64,000 nt of DNA from Leptogorgia sarmentosa (Eukaryota): the NCBI GenBank assembly GCA_964658305.1, contig OZ210885.1, positions 15,004,001-15,068,000 of the forward strand, read 5' to 3'. The translations under genes and the position numbers were made by a program. The notes below the pieces were generated by a model. It was not told where the DNA came from. It did not search any database and was given only the letters and a program-made list of their open reading frames with translations. This document shows, in pieces, positions 1 to 11,160 of this stretch. Within the stretch, counting starts at the first letter, position 1, and every line of letters begins with the position of its first letter.

Positions 1-1
1 A

Positions 2-1933
2 TTAGGTTTTAGTCCATTTGACCTTGTTTTCGGTCATACAGTTAGGGGGCCTCTTAATCTTTTAAAGGAAAAGTTACTTTCCTCCAGTGGACATTCACTG
101 GACCTTTCACGGTATGTTTCAGACTTTCGAACAAAATTGTCGAAAGCATGCGAATTAGCCAAAGCAAACCTTCAGTCAACTCAAAAATGCATGAAAAATC
201 AGTACGACAAAAAGTGTGTCAGTCGTACATTTCGGTCCAGTGATAAGGTTCTTGCCTTACTTCCTATCCCTGGAAATACACTTCAGGCACGGTATGCTGG
301 CCCCTATCTCGTAGAAAAGAAAGAGAATGACGTAAATTATGTAATTGTCACGCCCGATAGACGTAAAACTAAGCAATTATGTCATGTAAATATGTTAAAG
401 CCATATTACGAGAGAAAGAGTGGTGTGCAGGTAGTTCAGACTATTGAAGTTAACAACAATCGTAATACAGAAGACACAACGGAACTCTTCAATTTGTCTG
501 AGTCAACTAAACTTCATAATTCTGATGTTCTTCGCGATATTGATACTAAGTTGAGTCACCTAAATGAATCTCAATGCAGCGACATCAAAGCATTAATACA
601 GGAGTACCAAAGCCTATTTCCCGATGTCCCCTCCAGAACTGACCGCATTGCCCACGACGTAGAGATCAACGATGCACTCCCCATAAAACAACACCCATAT
701 CGCTTAAATCCCACGAAGCAGAGATACCTCGAAGCAGAGATTGACTACCTCCTCGAGAATGATTTCATCGAACCAAGTCAAAGTAACTGGAGTTCACCCT
801 GTTTGTTAGTTCCGAAACCCGATGGCACCTACCGAATGTGCACAGATTATCGAAAGCTTAACAATGTGACAAAAGCGGATACATATCCTATCCCGCGGAT
901 AGACGATTGTATCGACAAAATTGGAACTGCAAAGTATGTGTCTAAGTTTGACTTGCTAAAAGGTTTCTGGCAGATCCCTCTTACCGAACGAGCCAAAGAG
1001 GTCTCCGCGTTTGTAACACCGAAAGGTCTCTACCAGTATAAAGTGATGCCATTTGGCATGCAAAATTCCCCTGCAACTTTTCAAAGGCTAATCAATAGCG
1101 TCATCGCTGAAATCCCAGGCTGCGAAGGCTACATCGACGACGTAGTAATATACAGTGATACGTGGGAAGAACATTTGGCTATAATGCGCAAATTTTTTGA
1201 CCGCCTCAGCGACGCAAAGTTGACAATCAACCTACTAAAAAGCGAGTTTGGATGTGGTCATGTTACCTACTTGGGACATGTCGTCGGTCAAGGACAAGTG
1301 AAGCCTGTGGAAGCGAAAGTCGAAGCAATTTCAATGTTCCCTCAACCAACGTCCAAGAAGCATGTGATGCGCTTTCTCGGTATGGCAGGGTACTACCGAA
1401 AGTTCTGCCCAAATTTTTCAACTATTACGGAACCTTTAACCCGATTGTTACAAAAGAATTCAAAATTTCATTGGACTGACCAATGCCAGTTTGCCTTCAA
1501 GCAACTTAAAGCCATGTTGCAACGTGCCCCTGTTTTGTCTGCACCTGATTTTACGCGCCCGTTCAAGCTCGCCGTTGATGCAAGTGATGTTGCAGCGGGT
1601 GGCGTCTTACTCCAAGAAGACCACGATGGAATCGACCATCCGGTATGTTATTTCTCGAAAAAATTTGACCAACATCAGAAAAATTATTCCACTATTCAAA
1701 AAGAATGCCTTGCCCTTATCCTCGCCCTGCAGCACTTTAACGTGTATGTCTCCTCCACCGAAGTTCCCCTCCTCGTATACAGTGACCACAACCCCCTCGT
1801 GTTCCTCCACAAATTAAAGGATAAAAACCAACGCTTGCTGCGATGGAGTTTGATTCTATCGGAATACAATATGACGATTTCCCACATCAAAGGACGAGAC
1901 AATTTGATCGCGGACTGTCTATCAAGACCATAA
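2..1933 (+). CDS. pol: Gypsy (Gmr1-like) pol, 3' part: integrase C-terminus, RT, RNase H; 5'-truncated by the window edge
   Basis: Frame is open from base 2 (LGFSPFDLVFGHTVRGPL, integrase core end). GPY/F motif (RYAGPYLV...HVNMLKPY) precedes RT (MPFGMQNSPATFQR, YIDD) and RNase H (LAVDASD, YSDHNPL, NLIADCLSR). Confidence 0.93.
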   Translation, partial: LGFSPFDLVFGHTVRGPLNLLKEKLLSSSGHSLDLSRYVSDFRTKLSKACELAKANLQSTQKCMKNQYDKKCVSRTFRSSDKVLALLPIPGNTLQARYAGPYLVEKKENDVNYVIVTPDRRKTKQLCHVNMLKPYYERKSGVQVVQTIEVNNNRNTEDTTELFNLSESTKLHNSDVLRDIDTKLSHLNESQCSDIKALIQEYQSLFPDVPSRTDRIAHDVEINDALPIKQHPYRLNPTKQRYLEAEIDYLLENDFIEPSQSNWSSPCLLVPKPDGTYRMCTDYRKLNNVTKADTYPIPRIDDCIDKIGTAKYVSKFDLLKGFWQIPLTERAKEVSAFVTPKGLYQYKVMPFGMQNSPATFQRLINSVIAEIPGCEGYIDDVVIYSDTWEEHLAIMRKFFDRLSDAKLTINLLKSEFGCGHVTYLGHVVGQGQVKPVEAKVEAISMFPQPTSKKHVMRFLGMAGYYRKFCPNFSTITEPLTRLLQKNSKFHWTDQCQFAFKQLKAMLQRAPVLSAPDFTRPFKLAVDASDVAAGGVLLQEDHDGIDHPVCYFSKKFDQHQKNYSTIQKECLALILALQHFNVYVSSTEVPLLVYSDHNPLVFLHKLKDKNQRLLRWSLILSEYNMTISHIKGRDNLIADCLSRP

Positions 1934-2005
1934 ACATTATATAGACTGTTACACTAGCATTTAAAAAAGAAAGCCTACCGACTTTCTTTCTTTCAAGGGG
2001 GAGGG

Positions 2006-2711
2006 TGTTACATGATAGCTATTATCATGTATAGTTTATAGTTTAATCCATATTATAATATATATCACTATATACCATAAAATACTTATTTACTATTTAC
2101 CCTTAGAAATTGTTTCACGCATGGGATGCCTTTTAGTTGAGTCATGCGTGAGCAAGCAAAATCTAGATTACCGCAAGTGCGTAATACATGGGAGAGGTTA
2201 CCGCAAGAAATGCAAATTCCTCCCAAAGGAAATGATAATGCATGAAAAGACTGTTCCTCTCCAAGGTATTTATAAGCAGGAGCACAACTCTTTAGATATA
2301 TATGTGTAGAGAGAGAGAGAGAGAGAGGAGAAGAAGAAGGCCTCCGAGCCTTGCTTTAAATAACGTCAAGCTATACAAGACCTTCGAGTCTTGTTGGTCA
2401 AATACATAGAAGGCTTTAACGCCTTGTTATACGAATTATACGGTAGATAAAAGAGACAAAGTTACAGCTACATAAAGAAGCGAAAGAGTTGTGCTCAGAC
2501 AAAGGAGAGATAAGTTGAACTTTTAGTTTAATATAAGTAATTTGATATTATATTCCAAAGACGCTATACTTATAAAGGTCACATAATAATTGTTAGGTTA
2601 AAGAAATAAATATAGTTATAAAAACGTAACTGTCTCACACTGATATTTTGTTGCGAGAGAAATTGAGCCAAAACGCAGGAAATATTAATTTTACGGACCA
2701 CGCTCGTAACA
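2006..2711 (+). repeat. 3' LTR of the Gmr1-like element (about 706 bp)
   Basis: Purine tract AAGGGGGAGGG at 1995-2005 directly precedes TGTTAC; the LTR ends GTAACA (6-bp inverted ends). BEL RNase H coding sequence resumes at 2712. Contains (AG)n at about 2308-2327. Confidence 0.8.
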
Positions 2712-3458
2712 GCACCCCCTCCTTTGATCCAGTAGAGGGCCACTGTGCTGTCCAACCATCCAGTGACTGATCTTACGGGGTATCCACTAAGCGAATTCCT
2801 TACATTCTCAACCAAGTTAGTTGCCATATGAGCCGAAACTAGTTCAAGTCGCGGGATGGTTAACTCTTTCTTTGCCAATCTTGATTTTGCTGCGATCAAC
2901 CCTTGGTTGATGCCCGACTTTTGTTGTACCACCGCATACACGGCTGCTGATGTTCCGTCCTTGCTGGAATCTCCGAACGTGTGTAGATCTACGGCTTCGA
3001 TTGGCTCCTCAACGCTGGTCAGGCTTCGTGGGAAATCTATTTCCTTCGGAAGGTTTTCCAGAAACTTCTGCCAACAAAACGCCAGCTGTTGCGATATCTC
3101 CTCATCCCAAGGCAACTTCCGGCCACATACCTCTCGGTAAATGAGCTTCCCTACGAGTCAGACGGGTGAGGCGAGTCCCAGGGGGTCGTAGATTGAAGCG
3201 AGGAAGCGTAATATCTCTCTTTTGGTTGTCGTTGGTGGTCTCTGGGGAAAGGATATTGAAATTGTGTCTTTCACCTTGTTCCAGGGAAGTCCCAACCTCG
3301 TTCCCAGGGTCTTGATCCTCGCTCCCGCTGAGGAGAGACCCTGGTTGCGGCTGGTCACGTGGCACGCAGAATAATTATCGCCTTAGGGGGCGTAGGAAAG
3401 TATCATGTTACACTTTTCCACTTTCAAAAAGCAATATTCATTCACGTGCAACTCCAAC

Positions 3459-5060
3459 ATGGCCGAATACATAGCCTTTCTGTGTTGCTTGGAATTTGCT
3501 CTTCTAAATAGTCTATACCAAGAAGTTATTTTAAAGCCAAAGCAAGTGATTTGTCTCGAGAGTGTCTATTTAAAAAATGATGTAATGTGCGTTTTGCCAA
3601 CTGGCTATGGAAAGTCGTTGATTTTTCATCTTTTGCCAATGCTGCTGTTCGCAAAATACAAGTTACGGGGTGATTTACTTGGTTGGAGATCGAAAAGCTT
3701 TTCTACAGCAGTTGTGAATGGCATAGTTATAGTTGTATCTCCTCTCAATTCCTTGATAAGGAACCAAATATCGCGTCTACAAATGAGTGGAATCCGAGCA
3801 TCTGTTGTTAATGTTAAACAGCCAGAAACGGAATTTTCCTCTGACGAAGAATTGGATACGACAGATGATACCGACTGTGATAATAACGTGAATATCGATT
3901 TCAGTTTATGCGAAGAGCAAAAGTTACGTGTTGGTCATTATCAAATCGTTTTCGCTCATCCGGAAACTCTGGTATCGAGTAAATACGGTCGCGGATTGTT
4001 GTTGAGCAAAACCTATCAAGAGAACGTGTCTGCAATTGTTGTTGATGAAGCTCACTGCATTGTGGAATGGTTAGTATTAATCTTTTTGTAATGCCACAGA
4101 CACAAAAGCCACAGCTCCGAATATATGTACTAGACTGCTATTTGTGTTATTTAATAAATCTTACAATATTAAATAAATCTTTTCAATAATTGCAGGGGAA
4201 GTGATTTCAGAAAGGATTATGGTAAATTGGGAGTCCTGTGCGCATTGTTTCCAGATGTTCCATGTCTTGCCATGACAGCAACAGCAAGTCGGACTGACAT
4301 GCAAGCAATTCAGGACTCACTGGGGTTAAAAAAATGCAGGTACATTGTTGCAAATCCTGACAGGAAAAATATTTTTTACAAGAAAGTGTTTCGGGATGGT
4401 CAGGATATTGATGCTATTCAATCAATTTTGATTCCAATTGCTAAATGCCTTTTGGAGAAAAAAATTGAATATCCACTCACAATTGTGTATGTACCCCTAA
4501 AGTTATGTGGTTTTGCTTACAAGCTGTTTGAACATCTTCTTGGAATTGGTCAGTACTTTCCTGTTGGTGCAGTACATAGCCCAGAAAATCGATTATTCGG
4601 ACAGTTTCATGCTTCACAAACACCTCAAATGAAAGAAGAAATTTTGAGACAACTTTGCTCTAAGGCAAGCACTATCCGTGTGGTTTTTGCAACGGTGGCC
4701 ATTGGGATGGGTGTAGACATCCCAAATATCCGTCAGGTCATTCATGTTGGACCTCCCTGTACAGTTAAGGCGTACTTCCAAGAAACAGGGCGTGCAGGCA
4801 GAGATGGGAAGCCATCTTCAGCTTGCCTATATTATAATAACAGAGACATAGGTATTCACAGAGTGGGGATGCAAGATGACATGCGTCAATTTTGTTCAAA
4901 CAAAGACATGTGCCTTAGAAAGCTATTACTGAAGTCACTTGACTATGAGCAAACAGATCTTGTCAGGCCATTACATCATTGTTGCAGTGTTTGTCAGGAA
5001 CAATGCAGTTGCTGTATGTGTTTGGATGATCGTTTAAAAAATAGGCTGTTAGTAACTTGA
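3459..5060 (+). CDS. RecQ-like SF2 helicase of AcademH-1; two exons (about 3459-4069 and 4196-5060), apparently intact
   Basis: PTGYGKS, VVSPL, VVDEAH, spliced W|GSDFR, MTATA, ATVAIGMGVD, QETGRAGRDG and a C-terminal Cys cluster. GT-AG intron at 4070-4195. Confidence 0.9.
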
Positions 5061-5149
5061 TTCAACATTGCAAAGAGAGAGAGAGCTACTGGTATTACTA
5101 TTAGTTTCTTTTTAGAGGCAACATTTTTCTATATTTTGCTGAAACTGTG

Positions 5150-5302
5150 TACACAATATATATTTTCGTGTTAACATGTCCAACTAATTTGCAATTAATG
5201 GCAATTATAAATAGCATTCATTCTCAACACAATATATATTTTCGTGTTAACATGTCCAATTAATTTGCAATTAATGGCAATTATAAATATCATTCATTCT
5301 CA
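5150..5302. repeat. Tandem duplication of about 77 bp
   Basis: ACACAATATATATTTTCGTG...CATTCATTCTCA occurs twice with two substitutions. Confidence 0.85.
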
Positions 5303-6648
5303 TTATGTTTGAAGGGATTTTGCAGATAAAACTCTGGCCAAAATGAAACACAATTAATATATTTCTTTGTTACCTGACATCTGTAACTAACTCACTAACC
5401 AGCTGATCAAAAATTTGCCAGCTATATTAACATTTGCCAAACAATTTTATTTGGGAAAGATGTGCAGTTTAATGGGTGAATGGCAGAAGATGAAATTCAG
5501 AGGAAAAGCTCAAATTTAATTAAGTTCAACTTTAATAAGTTAACAGGACATAAGTGCAAACAGACCAGTTAATCCAGTGACTGCCAGCACCCTCCCATTG
5601 ATAAGTAAAATTATCTAGCATTTGATAGACAAAAATAATTAAAGTGGTACCAACCCCTTTGACAAATTTTTGTCTATGTAATATTTGGGTTATTTCAAGA
5701 ATAAATGTAATATATCTTTATAACAAAAAGGGGTTAGTACCACTTTAAGAATAGTGAGTAACATGAATCTTATCCAGACAATTCTACTAATCGAGAGGAG
5801 AGAACTGGTGCATAGTGGTGCATAAATAAATGTACAATAATCTATTTACATTATTCAGAGGATTTCATCAGACTCTGAATCATCTGATGTATCATCACAT
5901 ACAGTGTAATGCATCAAAATGTTATTCTTGTGTCGTTTAACCCATTCTTTGAACTTCTCTTTATCAAACGATTGGATAGGGGAATAGGAAATGTCAACAA
6001 ATGAGTCAAAATTTCTTCCATCCTCTTTCTTAAAGGGCCTTAAAGCTCTTAGGTCCTTGCTGATTAGCTGTTCATCATCAGCTGCTGACTTGTGTGAATG
6101 CACAGTTGACTGTCGATGCATCTTTGCCTGTTTCTCATATGATTCTACAATCTTGGACACTCCACCTGATGCTTTGCTTGCCCTTCCAATTGCCTTTTCT
6201 GTTTTATTTGCTCCCATCGCAGTTATAAGCTTTTTCATTTCACAGTTTCTGTTTTCTTGAAATAAGTCGATTTCAATGTTGTTGCCAGCTCCACCTTTCC
6301 AATTTACTGTAGCAGCCCATTTACAGTTGTAGGCTTCCATTTCTGACAACAGAACTTCACATTGTAAAATGTTTACAAACATTTCAATTGCAAATTCATT
6401 AAATCCAGGTGTGGAGAAAAAGTGTACCAACAACTGTTTTCTAAGAGTTGACAGATATTCACCATTCCCCGAGGCAACAGCATCCTTGAAATCAGCTAGC
6501 AACATGAAGGATCGAAGGAGGTTTACACCATAACACCAAACACCATCAGTATCATCATTATCCTCACTGAAGACATATTCATCCAGGAACTTATCCAATG
6601 TGTTAATGATGTATTCTTTCTGGTACTCTTCTGTCAGGACATAAACAC

Positions 6649-9600
6649 TGTATCGAACACTCAGTAAAAATAGAGACCCCCCTGAAAAACGGGAGGAACC
6701 TGGACGCGGGTTTTTGGGTTCGTTTTTGTAAAGAACATATAAACTGACAACCGGATAGAACTCGCGATATTTTTGACTCAATCTTTGTATATTTGACTCA
6801 ATCTTTGAGTAAATAAAAGATTTTTGTTCGAGTGTAAATAGTAAGTGGTTGATATCCGTGGTAGTCCCGAAACGAAGTAGCACTCCCAAGCGAGAGTGCG
6901 AAACAGTCAAAAATATCCGTAGCTAAAGGAGGACTTGCCAGCTTGCAAAAATCGGGAAAACACAGCTTTCAAGGACAACCGACAGCAAAATACACAGCGA
7001 CAGACAGTCCTTTGAGACGCCCTGAAGAGCAAGAGTTGTCAAAAGGCCAATCAGGTCAGAAGATTCCGTCTTTGTGCATTTATTTACAAAAAAGATAAAA
7101 ATATCTGCGAATATTAAAGTAAATATTAGTGTGCAACGTGGACGGCGTGCGCCACGAAAACGAGGCTAATCAAATATACAAAACAGAATATTAAATCACA
7201 TCGCTCAAAATGCCACCTAAGGCTGTTGATTTGAAAACCCTCATTGGGAAAAGAGACAATGCTATCCAAGCTCTGACAGAATTATTTGAAGAATTTGGAG
7301 CAATTTATAGCGTTCAACCTGAATTAGAAAGATTAGAAAATATAATCAAAACAATCGAAACAAAATATAGAAACATCAAAAAACAACAAGAAGTCATAGC
7401 TGATAAAATTGTAGAAGATGGTATGTCCGAAGATGACGAATTGCTATCGGCTAATCAAAGAATCGGCGAAAGTTTGAAAGATAATTACGTAAAAGTTGCT
7501 AAAGAGTATGCCGCCTACCAGAAGAGGCTTAGCCAACCGTCACTCGCTACAGTTACCCCGGATGCATTAGGTGCTATGACGTCAGCTGTAACAAAGATGG
7601 CGGAGGTTATGCAGGGTTCAAAACCAGGAGCAAGCGGTCTCGAAAGACTACCTGTCCCAGCATGGGATGGGAGTCGGAGGTCATATCCTACGTGGAAGAA
7701 AGAATTCAACCACTGGATGAAAAAGTATTCACAAGACAAAGATGAACAGCTGCAACGTTTCAGAAAAGCCATGCCAAGAGGTTTTTGGTGGACAGACCAA
7801 ATTAAGACCTGCAGGTCTATTCATCACGCGTGGGAAATTCTTGATATTGAGTTTGCAGATAAACGTAAAATGATGGACGAGCTGTTGGCAAGCATTAACA
7901 ACCTAAGAACAGTTAAAGGCGATTCCAAATCATTCACAAGATATGCTACACAAATAACAAGTTATGTGAACGATATGGAGGACAATGAATGCTCAGTGAC
8001 ATCATCCTCTGAGACCCCTTTCTTTATGTCACAACTCCTGTCGAAGCTTGACCCCAGAGATAATGCAGCATTCGGAAGAGTAATGAAAAGAAACAGCCGA
8101 GAAGAAAATGTCCCAAACCTCATTCAGTGGCTACATGAAGAGGCAGGTCTGAGATCAAGAGGAAAGCCCGAGTCTGAACGTAACGAGGATCGCAGCCAAC
8201 AAAGAGGAAGTTACAACAGGAGAACTGACAACCATTCAAGTGACGTTGAAGTAACTAATGATGGCTCATGTCCATTTGGCTGCCAAACAAAACATCTTTT
8301 GGCCGCCTGCCCTCATTACCAGACCTCGACTGTTGATCAGAGATGGGAGATTGTCAAACAAAATCAAAGATGTAGAAAGTGCTTACGACCTCATCATACT
8401 AAGGACTGTAAGAAGACTGATGGGACCACCTGCGATAAATGCAAGAAGAACCATCATCGATCCTTGCATAATGATAAGAAAGCTCCGGTGAACCCACCTC
8501 TTAATCCTAATGCAGCATCCTTTCAAACACCTAACGACACTGTCAACAACAACGTTGATATGGATATCCCAGAAGAGAAACAATGTCAAAGCAGTACCGG
8601 GATTGGTTCCAGTTCAAAAGGTCAAAGTCCAGAATTCAACAGGGAAGTCTCTGGAGGTCCTTGCCATGCTAGATACCGGATCAAATACAAGCCTTCTCTC
8701 CAAAGCCGCAGCAAAGAAACTTCAATTAAGCGGACCACGAACGCACCTTACCATGAATCTTGCTGGGGGTAGTACAAGGTCCGAAACGTCAGAGATTATA
8801 GAAATAACCCTGGTATCACCGGTTGAAGAATGTATCGAGAAAACCCTTGTGGTGCACACCGTCAGTAAACCTTGTAGCAACGCCAAAACAGTGTCGAAGA
8901 GCTCCTTAGAGAAATACTGCCATCTCAATCCAGTTCTGGATAAACTTCACTTATCTGGTGGAAACGTTGATCTGCTGTTGGGAACTGACTTCATGGACGG
9001 GTTTGTTGACGTTCATACAATACGCGGAGGTCATGGAGAACCTATTGCAAAGATGAACTGTTTTGGTTGGTATGTTCTGGGACAGCTTACCCCAAGCGAT
9101 CAGAGCATCCAGTCAATCGACGTTGGTACCATGAGTGTGAAAGAGAATGTCGACATTCTCCTACAACAAGATCAACCGGGTGTCAAGCCTACGAAATTCT
9201 GCACCTGTACAGACAACGAATTACGAGAAAACAAGTTCGTACGATCCATAACTGAGTCAACCACCTTGGTAGATGGTCGAGTACAAGTAAAAATGCCCTG
9301 GAAAGAAAGAGGCCCGCCCAAGAGAAGCAACTACGATATTGCTCTTAAAAGAATGTACTCCACTGAGAAATCGCTGAAAGCAAAGCAATGTTCTCTGGTT
9401 GTTGCGGAAGAAGTTCGTAAATTAGTCGATCAAGGCTTTGTGAAAGAGATTCCGTTAAAAGAAGTCGATCATTCGAAGCCAGAATGGTATCTGCCGCTGC
9501 AAGCAGTCTTTACGCCAGATAAAACAACAAAAGTGCGACTCGTTTTTGATTCCTCCTGCGAAGGTCATGACGGCCTCTCATTGAACGATCATCTTGAAAA

Positions 9601-11160
9601 GGGGCCCAACTACATAAACGATATCCCAAATGTCCTGGCAGCGTGGAGATGGGACAACATCGCGTACTCAGGGGATGTAAGAAAGATGTTTAATCAGATC
9701 TTGGTACACCCCGATGACCAAGTCTTTCATCGTTTCCTATAGAGAAAGGAACCAACCGAAGAGCCTAATGTGTATCAATGGCTTCGTTTAAGTTTTGGGG
9801 ACAAACCAGCACCCGACATCGCCTCCAACTCTATTAAAGTTTTAGCGAAGGCGGCACAACAGCAACAACCTGACGCGGCCGTTGAATTGCTGCAACATGT
9901 TTACGTCGACGACGTTGCAGGATCCAGACCAACAGCAGATGGAGCTAAGAATGTAACGAGTGCAATTGATAGTATTCTCGAGAATGGCAAATTCGAAATC
10001 AAAACGTGGCATTCTAACAGTAAGGAAGTCGATCAATCGGACGGTGAAGTGATCACGGATTTGCTCGGTCACAAATAGAACAAAGAAACGGACAATTGGC
10101 ATCATTGCACCCGTGACAATAAAGACTTATCTCGGAGAAGTTATGCAAGGGTGGGATATGCAAAGAATCCAGAGCGTGCTCTCTGAAGAGTTCAGTTGCG
10201 ATTTCAAGTGGCATTGGAACACCCCACATGCCAGCCATCAGAATGGTGTCGTCGAATCTCTCATCAAATCTGTCAGGCAAGCTTTGAATTCCACATGCAG
10301 AGAGCCAGCATTTACGGAAGAGCAATGGAGAACATTCCTCGCAGAAATCACCTACCAGGTCAATAGCCGACCATTATACCCTGGTTCCGATAGCATCTGG
10401 GAGAGCCCACCAATCACGCCGAATGACATCCTGTTGGGTCAGCATAGTACACCTCCACAACCAGATTGGGAAGAGAAAGTAAATCCGAGAGACATGATCA
10501 GAAGTACGGAAAACCGAGCAAACGATTTCTGGTCTTGCTGGATGAAGTATTTCGCGCCAAATCTCCTGCCGAGGAACAAGTGGTTCCGGACAAGAGAAAA
10601 CCTGAAAAGAGATGACTTGGTATTGGAATTAGACCCTAAGCACAAAAGATGCCAGTGGAAGATGGCGACCGTTATTGATACATATCCAGGGAACGATGGA
10701 TGCGTAAGAAAAGTTAGAATAAGAAATGCTGATGGAGAGTATGATCGGCCAATCCACAAACTTTGTCTTATTGCGACAAAAGAAGAACTGAATAACGAAG
10801 GCGATTAAGTCAAACAGTTTTCAGTGAGGTTACATTGTTGTGTTAATATTTGTTTCGTTGCTCGATTAAGTTCGAAGAACATTATCTCCGCACTGGGGTG
10901 GAGTGTATCGAACACTCAGTAAAAATAGAGACCCCCCTGAAAAACGGGAGGAACCTGGACGCGGGTTTTTGGGTTCGTTTTTGTAAAGAACATATAAACT
11001 GACAACCGGATAGAACTCGCGATATTTTTGACTCAATCTTTGTATATTTGACTCAATCTTTGAGTAAATAAAAGATTTTTGTTCGAGTGTAAATAGTAAG
11101 TGGTTGATATCCGTGGTAGTCCCGAAACGAAGTAGCATTCCCAAGCGAGAGTGCGAAACA
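6649..11160 (+). mobile_element. BEL/Pao LTR retrotransposon 2 (young, internally deleted)
   Basis: 257-bp LTRs at 6649-6905 and 10904-11160 (one mismatch seen). 5-bp TSD AACAC at 6644-6648 and 11161-11165. Purine-rich GGGGTGGAG precedes the 3' LTR. Confidence 0.96.
7210..10808 (+). pseudogene. BEL-2 gag-pol: gag with Zn-knuckles, protease, RT, integrase C-half; RNase H and integrase N-half deleted
   Basis: MLDTGS protease; KVRLVFD, GDVRKMF and YVDD RT; NGVVESLIKS and RPIHKL integrase. Frameshift at about 8580, stops at 9740 and 10076, and an RT-to-integrase jump at about 10095-10115. Confidence 0.9.

Noticed and set aside
2591..2711. Separate 121-bp solo LTR (TGTTA...TAACA)
   Set aside because: Better explained as the end of the Gmr1 LTR starting at 2006, which has a PPT and a 6-bp terminal match.
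3405..5060. Host RECQ/WRN/BLM gene
   Set aside because: It is a helicase core only, enclosed by TIRs and a TSD and paired with an Academ transposase.
5855..6910. 351-aa ORF as an independent gene
   Set aside because: It is a chance fusion of antisense BEL-2 LTR sequence with the AcademH-1 transposase 3' exon.
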